Translations under genes and position numbers: made by a program
The notes under the pieces: generated by a model
The model's input: the letters and a program-made list of their open reading frames with translations, nothing else
Database searches by the model: none
What the model was told of the DNA's origin: nothing
Origin: Octopus sinensis
Lineage: Eukaryota
Assembly: GCF_006345805.1 (NCBI RefSeq)
Contig: NC_042998.1
Coordinates: 90,458,001-90,522,000, forward strand
Length of the DNA stretch: 64,000 nt
Reading direction: 5' to 3'
Shown: positions 25,210-37,151 of the stretch, piece by piece
Numbering within the stretch: position 1 is the stretch's first letter
How the letters are laid out: every line of letters starts with the position of its first letter

Positions 25210-25447
25210 TAAGTTTTTACAGGTAATAACTTCATTCTTTGAGTTACATACACTGAGTTCACCTAAAACGTTCCATATCTTTCAAGACCGCCAGTCTTGA
25301 GGTATTTAGAATGACTCTTAATCTTGCTTTGCCTGAGGTTATTGGGGGGGAAAAGAGAATGATGTACATTTGATATATAACCAAAGAAACCCCTGAGAAA
25401 AATGTACTCTTTTAGAGATTTTATTCTGAACAGACATTGCTATAGAA

Positions 25448-25741
25448 CAGTGATTCCCAAACTTTTTCGGACTGCTACCCACTTGACACCCAGGCCACAT
25501 TCCTACCGTCCCCACCCCCAACTAACCATCACAAACAGACCACTTTCTGAAGCAAATTCAAAGCAACTGTATTTCACAAAAAAAAAACTTAACCCAATGA
25601 ACCCATTATTTTGTTGTTTTTACATGAATTTCCACCCCATTATCGCCCCAATTTTTACATGAATTGCTACTCCCATCATCACCCCCTTGGAACTTTCCAC
25701 CACCCCCAGGGGGACAATACTGCCCACTTTGAGAACCACTG
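25448..25741. mobile_element. hAT (Charlie-like) MITE, 294 bp
   Basis: TIRs CAGTGATTCCCAAA / TTTGAGAACCACTG (12 of 14 match); perfect 8-bp TSD CTATAGAA at 25440-25447 and 25742-25749. Confidence 0.88.
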
Positions 25742-26049
25742 CTATAGAATGTAGTGACTATAACTGTTTCTTTTTTTACTAACAACCCACAGCTGAATGA
25801 ACATGTGCCATAATAAACCCAACTAGGACTTTCAGGTCAGGCTAGAAAGTTCATACTCCAAATGCTTAGTATATGTAGTTTTAAAGATCTTTGAACTGCA
25901 CTGCTCCATCAATTCAGCCATTAAATCTTTTGGCACTTCTTCGTTCTTACTCAGCATTGTAAATCAAGTTTTTCGTTGGTCCTTTTGACATGATTAAATA
26001 CAGCCTGCCATTCCAAATTATTAGAAAATTGGAAGAAATTCAGATTGTT

Positions 26050-26528
26050 GTTTCCCTATGATATATATGCTCATCATCGTTGGGGTGGGAGACGTTGGTG
26101 ATTCCATTCCAGTGACTGTCGCAAAGAAACATCCATCAGAATGAATGCATTATTTGAAAATAGTAAATTGAAATTAGGAAAGAGAAACAGTACATGTATT
26201 CATACAAACTCATTCGTACATGTGCATTAGAACGTACGATGTTTCCTTTCAATGTACATATGTACAATATTTTCTCCTATTCATGTAGTTTCATCCAAAA
26301 ATGCAAGGTAACAACGAAAAAGTGCTTGGAAAACAAAATATTCGATAAAGGTTTGTCATAAATGAATAAAGAGAAAGCTTGGTTGGTCATGTATCAAAGA
26401 GAGATAATAACGTCGACTTCAAAGAGGACTCACGTGATTACGTCCCCTCCTTTTACGAAACTAAGAAACCCATCTTCGCTGTGAAAGTCACGAAACGGCG
26501 GAGGTCATAGAATACATGTCTATCAATA
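26050..26528 (+). promoter_or_regulatory. NDUFB3: Putative NDUFB3 promoter / 5' leader (CpG-retaining, E-box TCACGTGA at 26430-26437)
   Basis: Visible local CpG enrichment against a CpG-poor background, directly upstream of the start ATG. Confidence 0.55.
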
Positions 26529-26647
26529 ATGGGAGGTGTGAAATTTGAAGTTCCTGACTGGAGACAGTATAAAGTGGAAGATGCTCCACGATTACAAATT
26601 TTAGAGAAGAGACTGGCCTCCCACGGGCTAAAAGATCCATGGATTAG
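26529..26647 (+). CDS. NDUFB3: NADH:ubiquinone oxidoreductase subunit B3, coding exon 1
   Basis: MGGVKFEVPDWRQYKVEDAPRLQILEKRLASHGLKDPWI(R) matches the PDxRQWK...LAxxGLxDPWxRNE family motif. ATG context AATAATGG; donor AG|GTTGGT, phase 2. Confidence 0.95.
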
Positions 26648-27689
26648 GTTGGTAAAGTATTCGTGAATATTTCTTTATGAAACCAACCCTTTATACTTCG
26701 TTGTTATTGAATTATACACTCTTAAATATATAACTAGATAATATGAATTACTGAAAGTGGGGAATCGTGCTTATAATATTTATATAACATATATTATGAA
26801 TGATCATTTCTTTTTTTCCTTTTAGTTTTGCTTTTTTGTAACATGTTTCTTTCAAGGACATTAGCATAAATATCGTCTTTTATTATACATCGCGGGGGTT
26901 AAATCTTTGTCAAGACAGAGATCTAACTTTAACAACGTCTTTTAAAAAATATATCAAATTAACGAAACATAACACACTTCAAATTTTAAGTATATTGAAC
27001 TTAGTTTCTTACTCTGAGAGCCTACACCTTATTAATACATTGAGTGCACCTTCAGGATTCTGCTACAATATACACTTCGTACCATTGCATTCTTCTAAAC
27101 AATAAATAAATCACATATAAATGTATAGGCTCAAATCCTCCGATTTGTTGGTGAGTATTACAAGAATTGTGGGTAAGTGCCTTTCCCAAGTGCTTACATA
27201 TGCCAATAACTTCAGACAATAGCCAAAATTGGATCGTTATCTAGGCTTGTTAGAATTTACTACTGTCTGCCATCTCCACACTCCAAACATTTGTCTTTTG
27301 GCTATAGGTTAGCCTTGATCGATTATGATCAAAGGCATTCCAAGCTTTACAATTTCTTTTTCCGGGTCCAGCGTACGCACGACCCCATTACCTAATGTGT
27401 CCTGCTGTTTTAAAAAGTTGACTCGAAGTTTGGTTGGTATTTCTAAGAGGTCGTGCGACTACATTGGTCCGTTTAGAGGCTACCTAGTTGCTTGGCTAAA
27501 TAGTTATTTAACTCCATGTCAAATTCTGTCAAATAGCCAGTCGATCTGTGATCATTCTGTCCTTTTGCAAATCCAGGTATTTATTTTCCAATGCATCATT
27601 CCCTTTTTTTAAAGATGGTCTGGTGTTTTTATTTATTTTCAGGAGCTGGCTGGTTATTCTAGCAAGTCAAACGACTCGTACATTGATAA

Positions 27690-27900
27690 AAATGTTTTAT
27701 ACTATTAGAAAGGATAATGTGAAGATTCTATACCATACAGATCATCAACATATAAACCTGGTCATTGCTATATTATACAAACTTACATGCCAAGTGTGGA
27801 AATATGTCCAGTTGCTTCAAACCAACAAAGTCAAGGCCCTGACAATGCCCTATTCAAACTCTGTGCCCCAGAACTTGCCTTTATACGTTCCAAACTTTTT
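27690..27900 (-). mobile_element. Possible decayed Ty1/copia-like RT fragment
   Basis: One minus-strand frame reads ...SGP*LCWFEATGHISTLG...PGLYVDDLYG; only the YVDDL motif supports this call. Confidence 0.25.
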
Positions 27901-28007
27901 AATCCCACACACTCTACAAGGATATAGCTTGTTTTTACAAAACGTGCTACAGTGTATCCCATTCCAAAGAAAAGCACTCTGACCTAAACAACTATTGTAC
28001 TTAACTG

Positions 28008-28362
28008 TAACATTCCTAAGGTAATGTGGTGACCCCCTTCGGTCAGACACTGACCATGGGTTTGCACCTATAGAGTTACCCTCTGAGGCACAAGTCTGGG
28101 CAAGGTTGTTTTATGGAAGACCAGCAGTCGCCCATGCATACCGGCCTCCCCTCTCCACGTCACCGATGTCCAAGGGAAAGGCAAGGGCTGATACAGCTTG
28201 GCACCTGTGACGTCGCAACTCATTTCTACAGCTGAGTGAACTGGAGCAACGTGAAATAAAGTGTCTTGCTCAAGAACACAACACGCAGCCTGGTGCGGGA
28301 TTCAAGCTCACAACCTCACGATCGTAAGCTTGACGCTCTAACCACTGAGCCACGCACCTTTA
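28008..28362 (-). mobile_element. tRNA-derived SINE with CORE-like central domain (second family)
   Basis: GAAATAAAGTGTCTTGCTCAAGAACACAAC...GGGATTCAAGCTCACAACC...CTAACCACTGAGCCACGC is a reversed tRNA-like head. The same family is at 57985-58720. Confidence 0.75.
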
Positions 28363-28469
28363 TAATGTAATGTAGACAGCTAATAATAGTGTTCCCTCAC
28401 ACCTTAATACCTCTCTCTCTCTCTATTTATCTCTGTCTATCCATCCATCCATCCATCCAACACAGCTTC

Positions 28470-29460
28470 TGTAAAGCTAGATCTACTGGAAATTTACTCT
28501 CTTATGTCATTCATAAGAGAGATCTTGCTTTAGAGAAGTTTGGCAAAAGCAGTTCTGTTGCCCTAAACATCAGCAAAACCTTCAGCGATGTTCAGCATGC
28601 AAATTTCCTATCAGATCTTCCTGTCTTTGGACTTCACTCATCTCTCATTTTTTGGACTGACAGTCTAAAGTGTGGCTTGTATTAACAGAGCTCTTTCTGC
28701 CCAACACTTAATCAACTCTCTTACACCTCTGAATTCAGTTTTATCCTCCACCCTCCTCCCTTTATATTTGTCACTAGAACAACACCTATTGTGCAAATGA
28801 TACAAGTCTTCATTCTTCCCTTATCTTTCCTCAACCATACATCATCCCCAAGTAGCCTAGACACTAACATGTTAAACATGCATGGATTCCATGAATGGAG
28901 ACCTCATAAGCATCCACCATTCAGTGTCATACCAATTTTGTCTCATGTAATAGCAAAACCCCCAGGAATAGTCATAAAGAAAACAGCATCACACTGTACC
29001 CTATTAAACATGAGCAGCGCTAAACAAGGTTGCTACAAATGTAAAGTCTTACTGCTGCTGAGGCAAATGTATGTCCTTAACATTGCTAGGACCACATTTC
29101 AAAGACTCTCTTCTTTTTAGAGTCAGAAAATATTGCTGACATTCTACAAGTCTTGAATGTAGCCCACAATATAGTACTGCTCTGCATTTGGATAGTGTTG
29201 CTGCTATGCACACAGATATCTTAGGCCACATCCAGAGAAGAGCCATCCAACTGACAAGCATTCAATCACTAACAGACATTCCCCAGTTTGTGCATTCTCC
29301 TTATCTTTTCTATCACTACCACAGTGGTCTCTGCTCTTAGAGCTAGCTAGTTACATACCTATTCCATTCAGTTCTGGCTCATTCATTTGTCCACCTGCCA
29401 CTACCCTTATTGTGTCCCCATCCACACTAATCACTATGCCTTGTTCTTCCTCTCCAAAAC
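28470..29460 (+). mobile_element. Decayed CR1/Jockey-type LINE reverse-transcriptase region
   Basis: FCKARSTGNLLSYV...VALNISKTFSDVQH resembles FRxxRSTxDLL...LDISKAFDRVWH. Downstream RT C-terminal remnants contain stops. Confidence 0.7.
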
Positions 29461-29850
29461 GTAATCACTCTAGACTCCTCTTCCTACTCATGTTTTCCCT
29501 GCAGATGTTTATTTTCAACAATTTAAACAAAACCTCAACAGCATCAAGATTGCTAACTTTGGAAGGCTGACACACACATAAACACACACAATGGGCCTCT
29601 CTTAGTTTTTGTCTACCAAAGCCACTCACAAGACTTTGGTCTGGAGCCACTGTAGAAATTTGCCCAAGGTGCTGTACAGAGAAACTGAACCCAAAACCAC
29701 ATGGTTGCAAAGCAGTTCATGAAATGAGTGGATCAGAGTAAAATCATTGGGATTGTAGATGTTGTCAAGTATATATCATACTTTCTTCTGACCTTTTTGC
29801 TTTTGGCATCTTGTTTGACTTCCAATCTTCCTTTAATCAAATTCCAATAT

Positions 29851-30250
29851 ATCATCATCATTATCATCGTTTAACGTCCACTTTCCATGCTAGCATGGGT
29901 TGGACGATTTGACTGAGGACTGGCAAACCAGATGGCTGCACCAGGCTCCAGTCTTGATCTGGCAGAGTTTCTACAGTTGGATGCCCTTCCTAACACCAAC
30001 CACTCCGAGAGTGTAGTAAGTGCTTTTACGTGCCACCGGCACAAGGGCCAGTCAAGTAGTACTGACAACGGCCACACTCAAATGGTGTTTTTTACGTGCC
30101 ACCTGCACAGGAGCCAGTCCAGCGGCACTGGCAACAACCTCGCTGGAATGCTTTTACACGTGCCAGTAAGGCAACACTGGTAATGATCACGCTTGAATGG
30201 TGCTTTTCACATGCCACTGGCATGGAAGCCAGTTAGCTGCTCTGGCAGGT
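29851..30250 (-). mobile_element. RTE-tail-derived repeat with internal tandem units
   Basis: Same family as 20407-20965 (TTTAACGTCCACTTTCCATGCTAGCATGGG...GTGCTTTTACGTGCCACCGGCAC). Confidence 0.8.
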
Positions 30251-31041
30251 AGTAATTACCATGCAAAGATAGCATTTTTGTTTTAGATATTCTTTAAATA
30301 CATTTATGTTAGGCACTTAAAACATTTTATCAAAAATTTATATCTAAAAGTGGATTAGAAGTCAAGAGAATATTCGTATAGTTTTAAGAAAGCAAAATTC
30401 AATCAATATGAGAAAACTATATTTCTTAATATATGTTAGGTAAGTTTAAAATAAGAAAAAAAGGAAAAAAAAAATTACTATTGTTTTCTCAATGCTCAGC
30501 ACTCTCTGTCTCTCTTTCTACAGACACACATGCATAGAGAGAGGAATTTGTGGAATGTCAAATACTAGTGAACTTCCCTTCATTGATGCCTCCTTTGTTA
30601 GCTGAATATATTGTTTTATCATCATCATTTAACATGTCTTCCAAGTTGGCATAGGTTGGATGGTTCCAATCTGATTTGGTTTGGTTTCTATGGCTAGATG
30701 CCCTTCCTAACGCCAACTACTTTACAGTGTGTGTGCTAGGTGCTTAAGTACAAAGATTATTTTAATTTTTGTATCTGATAATTAATGATGTTAATGCTTC
30801 CGTAGTTGTACTGTTTTAAATATAATCCTTTTATTAGCTACCGGTTCCACTTCTAAACTTTCTTCACCTAACTACTGACAGGGTGAATTTACTTCAAATG
30901 ACAAACAATTTAGATATTTTTACAAATAGTTTTAGCCCTTAACAGTTTTCTAATTTGGATAATGTAATGACGGATGGGATTAAAACAAAATGTCACTTGG
31001 TTATCTCCCTTATGTTTTAACTTATTTCAACTAATTTATAA

Positions 31042-31075
31042 CTAGCTGCACCTGTGGAAATTCCACGGTTATTTT
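31042..31075 (-). mobile_element. Helitron-like 3' terminus (5' end not resolved)
   Basis: Minus strand CCGTGGAATTTCCACAGG hairpin followed by TGCAG-CTAG|T. Confidence 0.45.
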
Positions 31076-31794
31076 GATAGGTGTTAGATGATTTGAAGTT
31101 TATTGAGAAACGTGAAATGTATAATTTCTTTGGAAATTGTATTTTATTTGATTCTTTGTATGGGTAAAAGTCTACCTAGTATTAGAAGTCAACCTCACTG
31201 AAATTTTCAGTTCTTCTCATACACTTGTTACTTCGATCTTGAGATGTTATTTCTTATTTTTATTATACATCGAGAAGTGAACAATCTTAACTATGAAACG
31301 GAATCGAAAATATAATTCATTTATCATATTCTACTACTGTGCAACTATGTTTGTAAAGTTTTAACAAATCTTAATTCACTGTATTCCACTATCAATGTCT
31401 TATCAAAGTAAAGTTCATATGGTTAAACTTGAACCTACAATTTTAATGAAGGAAGTATAATACATTCTCCAATGTATTCTAAAACAAAGCATATCAATAA
31501 TATAGTAGCAAACATAACTATGGTTAATAAGTTTGCTTCAGAATAATGTGATTCTAAATTTCTTTCCCACTGTGTTACACCTTGGACAAGTGTCTTTTAT
31601 TATCACCTCAAGTTGATTAATGCTTTGTGTAAACTTTGGTAGACAGAAACAGTGTGGAAGCCCATTGAATCTACTTATCCATATATATATGTATGTATAT
31701 TTAAAGTTAAATGACTATTATAATTTTCCTTTCTGGTGTTACATTGCTAAACTGCTGCCTAATTTAATTAGAAATATATATAAATATGTATGTA

Positions 31795-31842
<48 letters not shown>

Positions 31843-32265
31843 ATATCACTGTGATCACCGTGACCGACCAGGCTATCAGATGTTGCTACACATCACTGGT
31901 CACAATGCGCTTCACATTGTTTTAGCCTCCAAATGACACCACCCCGCTGGCTAATCAAGCAGGCCAATATATATATATATATAATTTATATCTGTATGTG
32001 CATGTGTGTTTTATATCTACACTGCTTAAAATTAGTAATGTTTTTGATGCCATAACATAGTAGTTTAACAAATACACATTGATAATATAAGTACCAAACT
32101 TTAAAATAATTACTGGGGCCAGTTTGCTCATGGGAGTTTTTTTTTTTCTTTTTTTACTACAAAGTTATGGAGACTGAATCAACTTATATGAAACATCTCA
32201 TGGAGTTTGTGTTAGCCCTGACCTTGAGCTATTCAAAATCAGATATTTGAAAAATAAAATTACAT

Positions 32266-32559
32266 TATTAATAGTTATCGCCAAGCTAACATGGCAGTCC
32301 AGATAAATTGGACGAATGCTGCCATTGATTAGCTCCAAGAGGCCATCGCCTCTAGCTAGCTATAAACACCTCAAAACTAGTTTGTGGATGCCAGACCAGC
32401 AAGGGGAAGCTGCTGACCTCCCCTGTTCGAAGGTTATAATGGACACAGGTTTGTGTGTCACATAGCTAGCTAGAGGCGATGGCCTCTTGGAGCTAACCAA
32501 TGGCAACATTTGTCCTATTTATGTGATCTGTCATGTTAGCTTGGTGATAACTATTAATA
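32266..32559. mobile_element. MITE with 98-bp terminal inverted repeats (TA-ended) in the NDUFB3 intron
   Basis: Arms 32266-32363 and 32462-32559 match at 89 of 98 positions by manual alignment; the innermost 35 bp are perfect. Confidence 0.85.
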
Positions 32560-32668
32560 TCCAGTACTGCTGCCATAGTCTCCTTTAGAGAGGATTAGAA
32601 ATAATGACATTTCTATGAAATTACCTTAGAATATGTTAAATGGAACTTACTTTTTATTCTCTTTTCAG

Positions 32669-32837
32669 AAATGAAGTCTGGCGTTACCATAAAAAGAACT
32701 GGAATCCTGTTATAGTGAACTTAAAGAATTCTGCTTTATGTGGTTTTAAGTATGCTTTTGCTGCAATGGTTGTAACAGTCTTGGCTGAAAAATTACTGTC
32801 AAAAAGAAGTTCCAAGAAAGATGAAGCTCATTGTTAG
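32669..32837 (+). CDS. NDUFB3: NDUFB3 coding exon 2 (TM helix, stop)
   Basis: TTTTCAG acceptor. (R)NEVWRYHKKNWNP...GFKYAFAAMVVTVLAEKLL...DEAHC* completes a 95-aa protein. AATAAA at 32942-32947. Confidence 0.95.
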
Positions 32838-33004
32838 ACTAAGCATTTAATAAGATCTACATTTATTGAAACAGCTAACTGTTTAGCAAAGAAGTATCCA
32901 GTCATGTGTAGAAACTGAGATGTACTGATTTGTTTCTTGAAAATAAAAAAAAATATTTCTCTTCGGATATTAATTTGGTATTTTTGTTTGTATTATTTTA
33001 ACAT

Positions 33005-33445
33005 AGGCACAGGCATGGGTGTGGTAAGAAGCTTGCTTCTCAACCACATGATCTTGAGTTCAGTCCCACTGTGTGGGACCTTGAGCTAGTGTCTTCTACC
33101 TTAGCCTCAGGCTGACCAAAGCCTTGTGAGTGGGTAGATGGAAACTGAAAGAAGCTCATCATCATCATCGTTTAATTCTTCCTTCCATGCTAGCTTGGGT
33201 GGGACTATATATATGTGTGTGTGTGTATATAATAAATGTTTGTGTCTGTGTTTGTCCTCCACCTCTGCTTGACAAGCGGTGTTTGTGTGTTTATGTCCCT
33301 GTAACTTAGTGGATTGGCAAAAGAGACTGATAGAATCACAGGTCTAAAAAAGAAACAAGTACTGGGATCAATTCATTCAACTAAAAATTCTTCAATGCAG
33401 TACCCCAGCATGGCTGCATCTCATCTGAAACAAGTAAAAGACAAT
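33005..33445 (+). mobile_element. tRNA-derived SINE just 3' of NDUFB3
   Basis: Same head and tail as 12170-12560, with a short RTE-tail insert near 33157-33205. Confidence 0.8.
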
Positions 33446-34582
33446 AGCAATATGGATAGTGGACTGACAGAGATGTTAGAGCATCACACAACATACCTGG
33501 CTCTTTACATTCTAGTTTCAAATCCTACCAAGGTCAACTTTGCCTTTCATCCTTTCAAAGTCTATAAAATAAAGTACCAGTCAAATACTGGAGGAAATGC
33601 TATTCAACTACATTTCAAATAAAAAAAAAAAGACGAAAAGTTTTTTGTCTCCATTTGTTTAGTACAACATGAGTAGAAGAGAGGGCAATGACAAGATGAA
33701 CTTAGGTGAGAGCATAAAAGAAGCAAGTTATTGGGGTGAAAGAGTGGGAGAAAAGGAAGTAATGAAAGAGAGTCGGTAATGAGAAGAGTTAATGAGAGAG
33801 AGAGAAGTAGTGATGATAGCTACATGTTTGATGATATGAGAGACAGCAAGTGATGGATAGTCATAGAGATGGACAACAGTTAAAGAAAAGCAATGTATGT
33901 CAATCACAAGTGATTCCGGTGGAGAAGAAAGAGTAGTGACTTACAGTCTGGAAGTTTGATGTTGGGTATGTTAGGTATAAGCAGATCTGATAGAATCCTG
34001 TTTCACAAGCACTGTGACAGGAGTGAGTGAAAGTAATGATGATGGTGAAGAAAATTGAATATCAGAACCCCAACATTATTTCATGTTATACAGTAGCATA
34101 TTACAGTGAACAGGAGTGATAAAGAGATGAGTGTGAAAGATGCAAGGGGACAGACTGAAAAGAGGAGAGGATGTGAGACAAAAGGTGCTAAAGAGGCAGT
34201 GAGGAATAGCTGGAGATTTCACAAAAATATAATGGATAAAAGAAGAGACTTTGTAGATATATTATGCATTCCAGCCTCACCATACACGCATAGATGGACG
34301 GAGCTCCAGCAGCAGGTATCAATCATGCAGTCTTTCTTACTTTGTTCCATATCTTGCTAGGTTTCCTTCTTCTGTAAGTTCCACCCTCTTTGAATGCTCA
34401 GCAGTTCATTATAAGTTGCCATCCTGTAAATGTATCATTTACCTATACCAATGCACTCTTCCCTTTAGTCCACTGAATCTGATTTGAGAATATCGTTCAG
34501 TTTTCTCTTAGTCGATTTGTACTTCATTGTTTGTACACCAAAACATTACATATCCAGTGGAGCATGAAACAAAGAATACACA

Positions 34583-34584
<2 letters not shown>

Positions 34585-34623
<39 letters not shown>

Positions 34624-34640
34624 GTCTGTCTGTCTATCTG

Positions 34641-34708
<68 letters not shown>

Positions 34709-34752
34709 CCTACCTATCTATCTACATATCTATCTATCTATCTATCTACCTA
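34585..34752. repeat. (TCTA)n tetranucleotide microsatellite
   Basis: Directly visible. Confidence 0.98.
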
Positions 34753-34926
34753 TATGTATATCTGACAGGCTTCTTTCAGTTTCCATCTACCAAATCCACT
34801 CAAGGCTTTGGTCAGCCCAGGGCTATAGTAGAAGACACTTGCCTGAGGTGCCATACAGTGGGACTGAAGCCGAAACCATGTGGTTGGGAAGCAAATTTCC
34901 ACATAGCCATGCCTACACCGATTAGG

Positions 34927-37045
34927 CTTAGGGCTAGAAGGATCCAGAGACACAAGCTGATATGGACAAAGAGGTTGTGGAAGCTCAAGAACCCTTCAAA
35001 TAGGCAGAGATTTAGAGATGTTCTTAATGAAGCCTTTGATGAGAAGAAGGAAGAGATAGAGATATATGACATAGAGGACAACTGGAAGTTCCTACACGAC
35101 AATCTACTGAGGGTGACAGACCAAATATGGTTGGAGTAAAGCCTCTGCCAGACTACAGGTGACATGGTGGAACAGTGATGTTGACAGGACTATAAAAGAG
35201 GTGAGGGGTCTTGAAAGGAGGTGGTAGCAAAGAATCATCAGAACTCTGAAAGGGAAACTAGATGTCAGGTTTATCTAGCTAGGGCAAAATCAGAAAAGAA
35301 GAGGTTTATCAATGTCCTGCTACATGAAGATCAGAGACTTAACATGTTCCAGATTGTTAGACGGTGTGTCATTGAGAATTGAGAAATATGTGTAGATGGA
35401 TAATGGTATGCTTGGACAAGAAAGAGGCATGGAAGAGTTACTATGCAAGACTGCTGAATGGAGAATAAATGGGATAAAGGGAGTCTCATGTGAACCCAAC
35501 AAGATAAGCTCCTGGTCCATCTAAAATCATTGCTGCAATGCTCAAAATGTCCAGTAAAGTAGAATAAAGGCTAAGGCATGATGAAATGCAGTTTAGCTTC
35601 ATCCTGGGAGAAGCACTACTGATGTCAGTTTCATAGTCATGCAATTTCAAAAGTACTTAGCTAAGAATAAACCATTATACTTGGCATACGTTGATCTAGA
35701 GAAAGCCTTCAGTAGAGTATCCTGCTGTGTGATATGGTAGGCTCTGAGGAGGATAAGGATAGACAAGTAACTTGTGAAAGCTGTACAGGCCATGTACAGA
35801 GATGCTGTCAGTAAGATTAGAGTTAACTATCTGTAAAACCAAGAAATTGGTGTGCCGGTAGGTGTTCATCAAGGCTTAGTCCTCACTCCCTTCCTTTTCA
35901 TCATTATCTTTCAGGCCATAACAGGGGAATTCAAGACCGGCAGCCCCTGGCAACTACTATATGCTGATGATCTTGCCCTCATAACAGGTTCCATATCAAA
36001 GCTAGAAGAGAAATTCTAGGTGTGGAAGCAACACCTGGAATCTAAGGGCCTAAAGGTTAACTTAGTAAAGACTAACGTCTTAAGCAAGAAAACAGACAGG
36101 ACGCTACCCACTTCGGGTAGGTGGCCCTGCTTGATTTATAGGAAAGATGTAGGCAGGAATAGCAGTGCAAGTTATAAACACATAAGATGTGCAGCAGAAT
36201 AATAGGAAGGTTATCAGAGGAAACCGTGTTTGTATATGGAAGATGCACAGGATCCATAAAACAATAAATACTTGGGAAATTGATTCTCTCAAATGCTCTG
36301 GTGGCTCATTTGCTTCTGCTACTTAGGGGACCAAATTAGCAGTGGGGGAGGATGTATAGAGAATCTAATAGCTAGAATAAGAATAGGAAGAAATTCAGAG
36401 AACATTTACCTCTGTTGGCTATGAAAAGTTTCTCTCTCTGAGTGAAAGGAAGATTGTATGATGCATGCATATGGACTGCAATTCTACATGGTAGTGAGAC
36501 GCATGCAGGCCTTGAATGCAGAGGACATGCAAATAGCAGAGAGAAATGAAGCTGGTATGCTCCACTGGATGTGTAGTGTAAGTGTTCATTTATTGAGAGA
36601 GAAGTTAGGCATAAGAGGAAGACTGCATTGGTTTGTTCATGTGATGCAGATAGATGCTGACATTTCCATAAAGAAGTGCTGATCTCACAATGTAGATGGA
36701 ACACATGGAACAGAGAGACCTTGGAAGACATGGGATGAAGTGCTGAAGGACAACCTCAGGACACTGAACCTTCCAGATGAGCTGACAAAGGAGCAAGATA
36801 CCTGGCATCTTGCTGTATTCAAGAAGACCTATATTCCACAGCAGAAATGTTAAGGGCACTCCCCCAGGTGAAGAGGATTGGCCAACAAGAGTCCTGTGCT
36901 GGTGCCATGTAAAAGCACCAAGTACACTCTGTAAAGTGGTTGATGTTAGGAAGAGTCTCCAGCTGTAGAAACCATGCTAAATCAGGCTGGTGCCTGGTGC
37001 AACTCTCCAGCTTGCCACCTGTGGTCAAACCATCTGGCTCATGCC
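34927..37045 (+). mobile_element. Decayed RTE-clade LINE (5'-truncated; RT domain to (GAT)n tail)
   Basis: MQFSF..GRSTTD, YVDLEKAF, VGVHQG, LLYADDLAL, GLKVNLVKT and LKVKGRLYDAC motifs with many stops; tail GATGATGATGAT at ~37031. Confidence 0.9.
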
Positions 37046-37151
37046 CACATGATGATGATGATAATGTTTGTTTTTATGTTATAATAAAAACAGTTTTACA
37101 GGATTACTCAGTGTATTTAGAGCACAAATTTAGTATTCTTTGACAAGAATT

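Noticed and set aside
25830-25960. 41-aa minus-strand ORF MLSKNEEVPKDLMAELMEQ... upstream of NDUFB3 (possible divergent gene)
   Set aside because: No recognisable homology, no splice donor and no downstream exons; likely chance.
33650-34260. Purine-rich block suggestive of a minus-strand LINE endonuclease remnant
   Set aside because: Too decayed to assign a family from motifs by eye; left unannotated.
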